Source: Candidatus Poribacteria bacterium
GTDB lineage: Bacteria > Poribacteria > WGA-4E > PCPOR2b
Direction: 5' to 3'
Length of the DNA: 64,000 nt
Assembly (NCBI GenBank): GCA_965208325.1
Contig: OZ242326.1
Coordinates: 4,096,001-4,160,000 of the forward strand
The notes below the pieces were generated by a model. That model did no database searches, had not been told where the DNA came from, and was given only the letters and a program-made list of their open reading frames with translations. Below, one piece after another: positions 38,322-47,872 of this stretch (position 1 is its first letter; each line of letters opens with the position of its first letter). A program made the translations under genes and the position numbers.

Positions 38322-40022
38322 ATGACAAATGACGAAATTAGCGATGTTTTTAGAAACATCGGCAATCTCCTTCAGATTAAAGGTGAAGACTCCTTTCGCG
38401 CCAGGATTTATGAGAGAGCGGCGGAGTCGGTTGAGTCGCTCACCGTAGACCTGCATGAGTTAGTTGAAGAAGGGCGGCTTCGCTCCATACCCGGTATCGG
38501 TAAAGCAATAGAGCAGAAAATTATCGAAATGCTAGAGACCGGGCGATGTCGTTTTTATGAGAACTTAATTCAGGAGATGGGCTCGGAGGTGTTGGAATTG
38601 CTGCGCGTGCGGGGGATTGGGGCGAAAACAGCCAGCCGCTTTTATCACGAGTTAGGCGTGAAGAGTGCCAGCAATCTCCGGGAAGCAATTGATAGCGGTA
38701 AACTCAAAGAGATGGATCGGATGGGTGCCAAGACAATCGCGGCGATCAATCAGGGTTTGAAATATTTTGAATCACAGAGGCAATCGCGTCCGCTCTGGCA
38801 GATTTTACCGATTGCGCATACCGTTCTAGATGCGTTAGAGCGTTGCGATAAAATTGGAAGAGCTGATTTCACCGGAGACCTCCGTAGGTGCGAAGAAGTG
38901 TTGCAAAGCCTTGAGCTGATAGCTGAATGCGAAAACCCGGTTGCGATTGCTGAAATCTTGTCAGGGATAAAAGGCGTTGAATCACCGGAAATTGAGAATG
39001 GTGTTTTAATCGCTGCATCTGTAGATGCTGGGTTTCCATTGCGAATTCACTGTTACCAGCCCGAGGCGTATGCGGAAGGATTGTTGTTGACGACAGGTAC
39101 GCGTGAGCACATAGCTAAACTCAATCAGATTGCTAAAACTCGAAACCTGGACGAGTTATGCACGCCGTCACCAGTCCGGAGCAAAAATTCGACTGAAGCT
39201 GGCATCTATGATAAGCTTGGATTACCTTTCATCGTCCCTGAATTACGGCGGAGTGCAGATACAGTAGATTCCGCCTTGGCAGGTGAGTTGCCGACTCTAA
39301 TTGAGATCGAAGATTTGCGTTGCGATCTCCATGCCCACACCGACTGGAGCGATGGGCGGCATTCAATTAAGGAAATGATAGAAGCCGCCAAAGCGTTTGG
39401 ACATGAATACATCGCCATTACCGATCACTCGGAATCCTCGCGAGTGGCAAACGGATTGACTCCTGAACGGCTGCTCGAACAGATTAAACACATCCGCGAG
39501 GCGAATGCGGCGATCGGCGGCATTGAAGTGTTAGCCGGTTCCGAGGTCGACATCCGAATGAATGGAAGGCTTGATTTTTCCGATAATATCCTGGAACAAC
39601 TCGACATCGTTATCGCAAGCGTTCATTCTGGCTTTACGATGAGCAAATCAGCGATGACGAAGCGCGTGGTACGTGCCATAGAAAATCCGTATGTTTCAAT
39701 TATCGGCCACCCAACAGGGCGGTTACTGGGTCAACGCCCGGGATATGCGATTGACCTCGATGAAGTAATCAGTGCAGCCGCGGCGAATGATGTCGTGCTA
39801 GAAATTAACGCATCTCCCAGCCGGTTGGATTTGGAGCCGTCCGTTGCCCAAGATGCGCGGAGAAATGGGGTGTTACTAGCGATTAACACGGATGCGCATT
39901 CGACAAAACAAATCGAACACATCGGGTTCGGCGTCAACGTTGCACGGCGGGGTTGGCTAGAAAAGAAAGATGTGATTAACACTTATCCGTTGGCGTCATT
40001 GAAGAAGATAATTACCCGATAG
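38322..40022 (+). CDS. polX: DNA polymerase X / PHP protein (polymerase active site degenerate)
   Basis: HhH IPGIGK, VPELR; PHP motifs DLHAHT.WSDG, ITDHS, GSEVDI, HPTGR, NTDAH. Confidence 0.92.
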   Translation: MTNDEISDVFRNIGNLLQIKGEDSFRARIYERAAESVESLTVDLHELVEEGRLRSIPGIGKAIEQKIIEMLETGRCRFYENLIQEMGSEVLELLRVRGIGAKTASRFYHELGVKSASNLREAIDSGKLKEMDRMGAKTIAAINQGLKYFESQRQSRPLWQILPIAHTVLDALERCDKIGRADFTGDLRRCEEVLQSLELIAECENPVAIAEILSGIKGVESPEIENGVLIAASVDAGFPLRIHCYQPEAYAEGLLLTTGTREHIAKLNQIAKTRNLDELCTPSPVRSKNSTEAGIYDKLGLPFIVPELRRSADTVDSALAGELPTLIEIEDLRCDLHAHTDWSDGRHSIKEMIEAAKAFGHEYIAITDHSESSRVANGLTPERLLEQIKHIREANAAIGGIEVLAGSEVDIRMNGRLDFSDNILEQLDIVIASVHSGFTMSKSAMTKRVVRAIENPYVSIIGHPTGRLLGQRPGYAIDLDEVISAAAANDVVLEINASPSRLDLEPSVAQDARRNGVLLAINTDAHSTKQIEHIGFGVNVARRGWLEKKDVINTYPLASLKKIITR

Positions 40023-40149
40023 AGCGCCATCCGGAAAACTCCCGCATTACTCCCAAGTTATACGCTCTTCGGGGCTTTTTCTTTGACATTCCCCGGCATT
40101 CATGATAAATTTCCGTCGAATCCTACACTAGATCGAATTCACGAAAACC

Positions 40150-41991
40150 ATGAAAATCCGTATTGAAAATCAAATCTTTGACATAGACGAAAACACATTT
40201 TCAGAATGGTTGGAGTCAAGACGTATCCCCCCGGATGCGTCCATTCTTGTCAACAATCAGTGGCTGGTGGTCGGCGAATTGAAAGGTTATCAGCAGCCAG
40301 ACGCGGCTGAAAATCAACCGGACACTACGGGCGCGCAGGGCGAAGCGCCTGAAATGGATTCGCCCGCGGAGAAGGGATTTTTCGCCTCTCGGCGGCATCG
40401 TGCGACCGTTACCTTTGTCCTAATTGCTGTAAACACCATCGTTTTCCTGTTGTTAGATTGGGAAGGGATTAGAGGTTCAAGGAATGCATTGACCCTGATT
40501 CAGTTTGGCGCATATTCTCACCGCTTGGTTGTTTACGACGGTGAATATTGGCGTCTTATTACGCATACCTTTTTGCATGGCGGCAGCCTCCATCTTCTCC
40601 TAAACATGGGTGTGCTCTTCATAGTTGGCAGTTTGCTTGAAAGGCTGTATGGCGGCTCGCGATTTTTAATTCTCTATCTGATTTCGGCGATTGGCGGCAG
40701 TCTCGCAACGTTGTATTTTGTCAGGGATGCTCCCAGCGTGGGCGCTTCGGGCGCAATCTTTGGACTGATGGGTGCTCTGGTTGCACTTGGGCTGAGGCAT
40801 AAAAACCAATTGCCGCGCCGGCGAAATCAGGTCTTCGCCTTGGGACTTCTTCCGTTTATTGCATTCGATATTTTTCTGGGATTTGTCATTCCGCACATCA
40901 ACAACGCCGCTCACATCGGGGGATTGGCGGTCGGATTCACAGCGGGCTTAATATTAACGCCCGGAATCAACACCAATCGCGAGCGTAATCCAAAGGCGAT
41001 TCAAGCGCTTGCGTCCGGGTTGACAGGCATGGCCCTCGCATGCAGCGCGTTAGCAATCTGGCACTTTTTTGCCGATTCTGAACAGACGATTGAAAGGCGG
41101 ATGAATACCGCTTTCCCACGGTTGACCGTAGAGAGCCTTCCCGATTATATCCGACACTATGAGAAGGTGATTCGCCAAAAGCGTTACAGTCCTGAAGAAT
41201 ACAAAATTCTCGAAGAATTGTATTGGTGGGCGCATGAGAATTCGCCCGAAGATACGTCATGGACAAATAAGCTCATGTTATTCTACGAACAAGCGCTTCT
41301 TGCCGATCCCAATAAAACTGAGTGGAATAGGAATCTCCGTGCATTATATGAAAAGACTAATCTTGAAGACAATAATGAGATGGATGAGCTTAAAGGATAT
41401 ATCGAGTTGTGTGAAAAAGTTGCCAGACGGCATGGATATCATTTAAGACTGTATGAGAATCTGGAGTATTTCTACATGCGCGCTAGGCACTTAGTGCCTG
41501 AAGATAAGTCTTCTGCTTGGAATCGCAAGCTTGAGAGCATCTATGACAAAGCCATTAGGAAAGATCCTGAAAATGCTATGTGGAATAATAACCTAGCGTG
41601 GCTTTACGTTGAACGACAGATGATGGCGCAAAGCGCTGTTGAATTCGCGCGGCAAGCTGTTATGCAAGCCCCGAAAAACACCGTATTTCTGGATACCTTA
41701 GCCTGGGCATATTTGCGGAACTCGGAGCACGATAGAGCGTTAAAGACGTTCGAACAGGTTTTCTCAATCGCACCAGAAACCGAAGATGACCAGCATGCCC
41801 AAGAAAGTAGCTGGAAGGGTTTAACGGACCTAGTTCAATCAGAAATAAAATCTGAAAAATCGCAAGAATTCAATCGATTATTCCTGAATTTTCATAAACG
41901 TCTGTCGCGCCAACTTGGCGCTGAACCGGATGCTCAAGCAAAACTTGAAGCGGTATTCAATCTATTCCAAACCCATCAGATAGAAAGCTGA
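40150..41991 (+). CDS. Rhomboid protease with N-terminal GYF-like and C-terminal TPR regions
   Basis: WRLIT..FLH, HLLLNM, SVGASGAIFG, AHIGG; NNLAWLY..DTLAWAY. Confidence 0.88.
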   Translation: MKIRIENQIFDIDENTFSEWLESRRIPPDASILVNNQWLVVGELKGYQQPDAAENQPDTTGAQGEAPEMDSPAEKGFFASRRHRATVTFVLIAVNTIVFLLLDWEGIRGSRNALTLIQFGAYSHRLVVYDGEYWRLITHTFLHGGSLHLLLNMGVLFIVGSLLERLYGGSRFLILYLISAIGGSLATLYFVRDAPSVGASGAIFGLMGALVALGLRHKNQLPRRRNQVFALGLLPFIAFDIFLGFVIPHINNAAHIGGLAVGFTAGLILTPGINTNRERNPKAIQALASGLTGMALACSALAIWHFFADSEQTIERRMNTAFPRLTVESLPDYIRHYEKVIRQKRYSPEEYKILEELYWWAHENSPEDTSWTNKLMLFYEQALLADPNKTEWNRNLRALYEKTNLEDNNEMDELKGYIELCEKVARRHGYHLRLYENLEYFYMRARHLVPEDKSSAWNRKLESIYDKAIRKDPENAMWNNNLAWLYVERQMMAQSAVEFARQAVMQAPKNTVFLDTLAWAYLRNSEHDRALKTFEQVFSIAPETEDDQHAQESSWKGLTDLVQSEIKSEKSQEFNRLFLNFHKRLSRQLGAEPDAQAKLEAVFNLFQTHQIES

Positions 41992-42051
41992 AAAGGCTGG
42001 AAACAGGAACGCGGTTTAACTAATTTTTATGTTTCTTCCGCGGGAATTAAG

Positions 42052-44355
42052 ATGGTGCAGAGAACGACACGAACAATTTTCAGTGCGATTTTGATATTGC
42101 AACTCATGGTTGTGATTGCCCTGCCGCATGCGTACGCGCAGGGTAGCGAAGAGAAACCGTTTTGGGAGAGATGGAGCACATTTGTCCTCCCGATTGCGTT
42201 GCTATTCTTTTTTGCCACGATTAACTACGCTTTTGACCTATTCAGAAAGGACAAAATCTTAAAAAAGTTGCTGAAAAAGTACGTCGTTTTTGAGATGAAT
42301 GACGGAAAGCGTTATCGTGGAACGATGCGTCTCGAACAAAACGGGATTGAAATCATATCGGAAGAATCCCGACAGCGCGGACATGCGCCAAGCTACATTT
42401 TCCGTGGTCCGGAGAGAGATGGGATTGTCGCGTATATTCGCTATCTCGATTCGATGAACGGGCGGGAACTACTAGAGCGGGATTGGGATTTCGATCGAAT
42501 TTACCACCCACGCTTTACAACACGCCTCCAGCGAAAAATCCGAAACCTCGGCGTCGCCCTTAGGTCCTCCATTAACAAAACAGTGGAGATGATTTGGGGA
42601 CAGATTAAGAAAACGACAGCTTTCAAGCCCGTTACGCAAGCGCCGCAACAGGGAGGAGTGAGTGCAGAAGGCGACATCGAGGAGATACGAAAAGAACTTT
42701 GGGAATATGCAATGGAGGAGCGCTACGAGCGGCTCATCGAACGGCTCGTCGGGACACGCGTCAAGGTGAAAACTGGTAAGGGAGAAGATTACACGGCTGT
42801 TTTGAAAGAATATACCGAAAAACACATCTACCTAATGGATGTAAAATGTGCGACGCCGCCTAATGACCAAAAGGGATACAAGGATGAATGGGAAACTACA
42901 TTGGACATCAAGCATGGTAAGATTAATTTAAGAGACGAGCGCGGCCTGCGCAGTAAGATTGAGGGCGACGACCTGGTTTTGGAGAATAATGCACCGTATG
43001 AAATTCAGCTTTGGGGACTTAAATATGAAAAACCCGATTCTCAAGAATCGGATGTGCACGATTGGAAATGGGGCTATGCCATTCCGCCATTCAGCGTGCA
43101 GCGAATCCATCTGAAGCCGAATCCGAAGCATCATAATGTAGGTCCGTTTCAACGAGTTGTGGTTCAAGAACCGCGAACATACAGGTACTTTCATCTGCTC
43201 AAACTTACGTTCAGATCGTTTCGAGATGCGGATATCGTCTTTACGCGAGCATGCAAAATAACTGAAAGCGCGGAGAAGTATGAGCGTGAGTCGCTTGACC
43301 TTGTTGGATTGACAACAGCGCTGCTTGCATCCGAGAAGGTGGAGGATGTTGCGATTACGGATGAATCGGGCGAATCCATCCACGGCTTAAACGTTATTCA
43401 CGGCTATATCACGAATATCAACGAAGATAGAATCGATGTCAAAGAAATCGATCAGTGTTACGACAGGCGTTGGTCCGTGGAAAGCGCGTTTGGGCGGTTT
43501 GATGATAAGTTGAGGAAGGTGGGGCCTCCTCATGTCAGAATTTTTCCGCCCTACCGCTCACGAATGGCAGCACAGTCGCTGCTTGTCGAGGAATTGGGCG
43601 AGAGCAGAGGCAGGCGCGAAATTCTGTCCCCCTTTCTTTTTACGCCCGTTGCGTCCCGTAGGAAACGGTATACAAAGCCCGAACTTCCCTTAAAAGTGAT
43701 GGCATTGACCGGCAACGTCACACAAGCGGAATTCCCCGCTCTACAGCAGCTTGAGCATGTCAACAAACATCATATAATCTATGAACCGGTGAGCGACCTG
43801 CGTACCGCCTACATGGCAAAAGCGCATATTCTTTGGATTGGACATGGGGAAATCTACAAAGAGGGTTACCGTCTCAGTATTGATGCCGAACACCGAATAA
43901 AAAATTTTGTCGGCAGAGGCGGCATTGCCATAGTATCCGGTCAGGACATAAGCAATATGCAGCGCCGTAGGCAAAGCGTCGGTTGGGTGCCGGAGCCGTT
44001 GATTGGTGTTGAATTCGACGAAACACAGGAATTTACGCCGACGCGCGCCGGCAAACGGGGGAAAATCTTCCACCATCCCTATAAGATCAAGTCCGGTGAG
44101 ATAAAATTGGACGACATGTGGATAGACCAACTAAGTAAATACACTTCCCTTGCGAAAGCGAATGGCGGCGATGAAGATGCTATACTTCTTCTACCCTTTC
44201 AGTCGGGAATGTACATCGTAACCAGCTTAAAAAACGAAACCGAAACGGACGTGCAGATTAATCATGCCATGATGGCGAATCTGCTGCATTTCTCCGTGAG
44301 GTTTATTGAGAAACAGAAGCATTCTCACCTGTATTATGTGGCTCAAGGCGCATGA
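42052..44355 (+). CDS. Large hypothetical membrane-anchored protein
   Basis: 767-aa ORF; signal-like N-terminus followed by a TM segment; C-terminal alpha/beta domain (IKNFVGRGGIAIV). Confidence 0.7.
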   Translation: MVQRTTRTIFSAILILQLMVVIALPHAYAQGSEEKPFWERWSTFVLPIALLFFFATINYAFDLFRKDKILKKLLKKYVVFEMNDGKRYRGTMRLEQNGIEIISEESRQRGHAPSYIFRGPERDGIVAYIRYLDSMNGRELLERDWDFDRIYHPRFTTRLQRKIRNLGVALRSSINKTVEMIWGQIKKTTAFKPVTQAPQQGGVSAEGDIEEIRKELWEYAMEERYERLIERLVGTRVKVKTGKGEDYTAVLKEYTEKHIYLMDVKCATPPNDQKGYKDEWETTLDIKHGKINLRDERGLRSKIEGDDLVLENNAPYEIQLWGLKYEKPDSQESDVHDWKWGYAIPPFSVQRIHLKPNPKHHNVGPFQRVVVQEPRTYRYFHLLKLTFRSFRDADIVFTRACKITESAEKYERESLDLVGLTTALLASEKVEDVAITDESGESIHGLNVIHGYITNINEDRIDVKEIDQCYDRRWSVESAFGRFDDKLRKVGPPHVRIFPPYRSRMAAQSLLVEELGESRGRREILSPFLFTPVASRRKRYTKPELPLKVMALTGNVTQAEFPALQQLEHVNKHHIIYEPVSDLRTAYMAKAHILWIGHGEIYKEGYRLSIDAEHRIKNFVGRGGIAIVSGQDISNMQRRRQSVGWVPEPLIGVEFDETQEFTPTRAGKRGKIFHHPYKIKSGEIKLDDMWIDQLSKYTSLAKANGGDEDAILLLPFQSGMYIVTSLKNETETDVQINHAMMANLLHFSVRFIEKQKHSHLYYVAQGA

Positions 44356-44385
44356 ACCGCAAATTTCTGGATTTTTCTCGATTTC

Positions 44386-47300
44386 CTACTGATACTGCTG
44401 TGCCTGCAATGCCCTCAACAGCCTCTCAAGCTCTTTAAATTCTTGAGCGGCTTCCGTGAGTTTTCCCTCGCCGGTTAACTTCAGGTACTGATCGAACTTT
44501 TCGTTGGCTAACCGAATCACGTCTGCCAACGTCGGCAACTCTCCTAACGTCCCCTCCGCAGTGTTCGCCGCGGGCTCAACTCCGATACCAATACCGAAGA
44601 TTTCCTGCAGGGCTTTATCGAATCTGTTCGCGTATGCAAACTGATCGCCAGCTTTTACAACAACCGTCTTTAATTGCGCGCGATTGCTGTCTTCGGGCTT
44701 GAGATAAATGGGCTCTACATAAAACAGGGTATTTTCTACGGGAATCACAAGCAAATTGCCGCGAATTACCTGAGCGCCTTTTTCATCTGATTGTCTGAAC
44801 CAAACCTCGTTAGCGAGCGCATTTTCAATGTCTTCTTCGACCTGCCTAGGTCCGTCGACAGTTGCCTCCGTCGGCAGCCGATAGATTACCAATTGACCGT
44901 ATGCCGCGCCATCACTGCGTGCGACAAGCCATGCGTTCATGAGCTTGACCCGTTTCGGTGGCGTAAAGGGCACCATGTTCACGAACTCCGATTTCATTTC
45001 GCCCGGCAACTTAAACGTCGCATAATACGGCACCATCCTTTGCTTTTCCGTATAGTATGTTTCGTCGGGGATATTCCACCGGTCAGAACCGTGGAAAAAT
45101 GTGTGGGCGTCCTCTACATGATAGTCGGTATACACTTCTGCCTGGGTGCGGGTGAGATAGTCCGGGTATCGAAGGTGGCTCTGCAAACCCGCCGGGATCA
45201 GATGTTTGGGTTGGAAAAGATTCGGGAAAGCGCTCTGATAAGCAGCCGTAATGGGCTCTTCAGCTTTGGTTAGATAAAAATTAACCTCCCCGCTATACGC
45301 ATTGACAATCGCAACGGCGGGGTTTCGAATGTAGTTGAAGCGGTCAAAGGCGGGTTCAGAATAGAGCGGCGGATTTTCAACGAGTTCTGTCGTATCGACA
45401 TAAACTTTAGCGTTCGGGTAATTCCGACTCGTGACGTAGATGTCGACCATCCACCAGAGTTTACCGTCATCCCCAATCACGATATAGGGGTCTGGGTCAA
45501 ATTTCAGAAATGGAGCAATGTGTGAGAGGCGATCTGTAATCGTCGCGGCAGTGACAGGGTCATGCGTTCCAATTTTTCGCCAAAAAAGCATTCTGCTTTC
45601 GGGGGTAAGGCTTCTGGACAACATTATTCGCCAGAAGTCGAAACGTGTTGCAAAACAGAGCCGCCTGAACCAACCGCCAATTTCGACGCCGCTCTCTCCG
45701 CTGAATCCCTCACCTTCCGGATCTATCTCCTTCTGCTTGTAAATCTTTAGTTCCCCATCCTCCTTACTGGCGATGTATCCCCGCTCATTGTCCTTATCAA
45801 CAATTAGCCATTGTCTACCTTCTTCCTTTATTGAAACAGCGACGTCCTCGGACAGCGTAGTTTGTTGTGTTTCAAACCTTTGCCGCAGGTCGTTAGAGAG
45901 GAACCCATTGTCTAAGTCAACTTGATACTTCAATTCGATTTGCGAGCTTAACTCGATGCTAAATCGCAACCACTGCTCGCGCTTGAAGTTAAGCAGTGAC
46001 CACGGCTCCTGTTCATAAATTCTCAGTTCCCCTTCTTCCTTACTGACAATGTATTCCTGTTCATCAGCTTTATCCGTTATCAACCATTTGCGCCCTGTTG
46101 CTTTAATCGAAATCGTGACATTTTCAGACAGCGGCATTTCACGCGCTTCAAACTCTTGTCTCAGGTCTTGTGAGAAACTGCCATTGTCAAGAGTTTTTAG
46201 TATCTCCGACTCAATTCCAAAAAGCAACTGTCTCTTCGTATTGACGATAATATAGTCGTTAGCCAATTCGCCAAAGTAGATTTGAGGTTTTGTCACGCGG
46301 AGCTGGTTACCGATTTGCTCAGGGTAGTCCAAAGGAATTCCATGCACCCAGAAGTTTGGATCGCCACCCTCAATTTTGAATTCATTTACCGGAACAACAC
46401 ATACTCCGTAGCCGTGGGTATAGACCATCTTCCGACTATCCCAATATTGGGCTTCGGGCAGTTCTTCTGGATCAATATCGATTTCTCTAGCGGCAATCAA
46501 TACCTGCCGATACTTTCCATTTATCCAATACCGATCGACATCTGTGTATGGGTGGAATTCGTAATACGGTTTAATGTTTTGTTTGTCTCTTAATACTTCG
46601 TAGAGGACACGCCGATCCCACAACTGGATGTTCTCTCTGATTTCAGGGTTGCGCTGAATCATCTCTACCGTTGCGGCGCCTTGGACGTGGCTGCTCTCCA
46701 CAATCCGATCTAGCCGAAATGCCTGCCGAGTCGATTCAATATGGCTTTTTAGATAGGACACTTCCGCCGACGCTCGATTCGGGCGAACTTCCGTCCAATG
46801 AACAAAGATTGGGTAGACTTGTATCAACACCAGATAGCTCAAGCCCCACATTGCTAGGGCGGAATACCAGACGAGTCGTTTCCGCCAAAACATGTTAATC
46901 AGGACAAGGACGCCAATCCCGGCGATGCAGACCATATAAATTTGAGTCGTGCCAATCAACGCCTCGTCAACGTAACCCATCCCGTCGACCCGGCCGAGTC
47001 CCCAAGGTGTTCGACGGGTGTATAGTACATTCCAGATGCTAACCTGGCTCCGGCATAAAGAGACACCGAGTAACGCCAGCCAGAGGGTAGAAACGTGCAC
47101 GGCAAACCGCCGTTCAACACGAACGGTTGCCCTCACGTCCCGCCGGCGGTAGAAATGATACAAGATTGCCACAATCACTATCGTAACCCACAGCAAAATT
47201 TTTAGCCATAGGCTGACCCAGCGATAGACGGGAAAATTAAACAGATAAAAACCGAGTTCTTTTTGGAGCGCATTATGAGAGACAAAGGTGATTACATCAG

Positions 47301-47796
47301 TCAATCCACGGTTTTCGTAACGGATGAAGTCGTCCCAGAAAAACATCATCGGTATCGCCAGAAAACAAGCGACCAAGACAATCGAGATTAGCATGGTCCA
47401 GTAGAAGCGCCTTGTTTGTTCGCGAGGCCAACGTGTGCCGTCGCTCGCAATAGGACACAGCTTATCCCCAATGAAGAGATTCAGTCCCAAAAACCCTATC
47501 GCTGCAATAGCAAATTTAGCGAAAAGTCCCCATCGCGCTTGCAGAACGCCCCAAAAAATATTGGCGTAACCGACGCTCACAAACCAGAGATGTTCTATGT
47601 ATAGGTATGCCAGCGCCGGCCAAAGCAGCACAACCGTCAGCAACAAACCCGCTAACCAGGTGCCGTAGGCTTTTATCAGCAATCCCGGATTCTGTATACG
47701 CCTGGCTCGCCTGTACACAAATACACCTGCGGTTAGCGTGCTCAGGCCAATGGCCAATCCTACCAAAATTTGGGCAATAGCAAGGTCAGCATTCAT
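44386..47796 (-). CDS. UPF0182 family membrane protein with internal duplicated insertion
   Basis: LWFVSVGY, FYLFNFP, DVDRY, YTHGYG, IYFGE, FDPDPY, NYIRN, HLRYP, RGNLLVIP, YVEPIY. Confidence 0.92.
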   Translation of the reverse strand: MNADLAIAQILVGLAIGLSTLTAGVFVYRRARRIQNPGLLIKAYGTWLAGLLLTVVLLWPALAYLYIEHLWFVSVGYANIFWGVLQARWGLFAKFAIAAIGFLGLNLFIGDKLCPIASDGTRWPREQTRRFYWTMLISIVLVACFLAIPMMFFWDDFIRYENRGLTDVITFVSHNALQKELGFYLFNFPVYRWVSLWLKILLWVTIVIVAILYHFYRRRDVRATVRVERRFAVHVSTLWLALLGVSLCRSQVSIWNVLYTRRTPWGLGRVDGMGYVDEALIGTTQIYMVCIAGIGVLVLINMFWRKRLVWYSALAMWGLSYLVLIQVYPIFVHWTEVRPNRASAEVSYLKSHIESTRQAFRLDRIVESSHVQGAATVEMIQRNPEIRENIQLWDRRVLYEVLRDKQNIKPYYEFHPYTDVDRYWINGKYRQVLIAAREIDIDPEELPEAQYWDSRKMVYTHGYGVCVVPVNEFKIEGGDPNFWVHGIPLDYPEQIGNQLRVTKPQIYFGELANDYIIVNTKRQLLFGIESEILKTLDNGSFSQDLRQEFEAREMPLSENVTISIKATGRKWLITDKADEQEYIVSKEEGELRIYEQEPWSLLNFKREQWLRFSIELSSQIELKYQVDLDNGFLSNDLRQRFETQQTTLSEDVAVSIKEEGRQWLIVDKDNERGYIASKEDGELKIYKQKEIDPEGEGFSGESGVEIGGWFRRLCFATRFDFWRIMLSRSLTPESRMLFWRKIGTHDPVTAATITDRLSHIAPFLKFDPDPYIVIGDDGKLWWMVDIYVTSRNYPNAKVYVDTTELVENPPLYSEPAFDRFNYIRNPAVAIVNAYSGEVNFYLTKAEEPITAAYQSAFPNLFQPKHLIPAGLQSHLRYPDYLTRTQAEVYTDYHVEDAHTFFHGSDRWNIPDETYYTEKQRMVPYYATFKLPGEMKSEFVNMVPFTPPKRVKLMNAWLVARSDGAAYGQLVIYRLPTEATVDGPRQVEEDIENALANEVWFRQSDEKGAQVIRGNLLVIPVENTLFYVEPIYLKPEDSNRAQLKTVVVKAGDQFAYANRFDKALQEIFGIGIGVEPAANTAEGTLGELPTLADVIRLANEKFDQYLKLTGEGKLTEAAQEFKELERLLRALQAQQYQ

Positions 47797-47872
47797 GTTA
47801 TTCGAGACCTAAAAATGGGCATTACCCGTGTATATCCCTACCCACCGACCGGCAAAACAAAAACCGTGCGTG

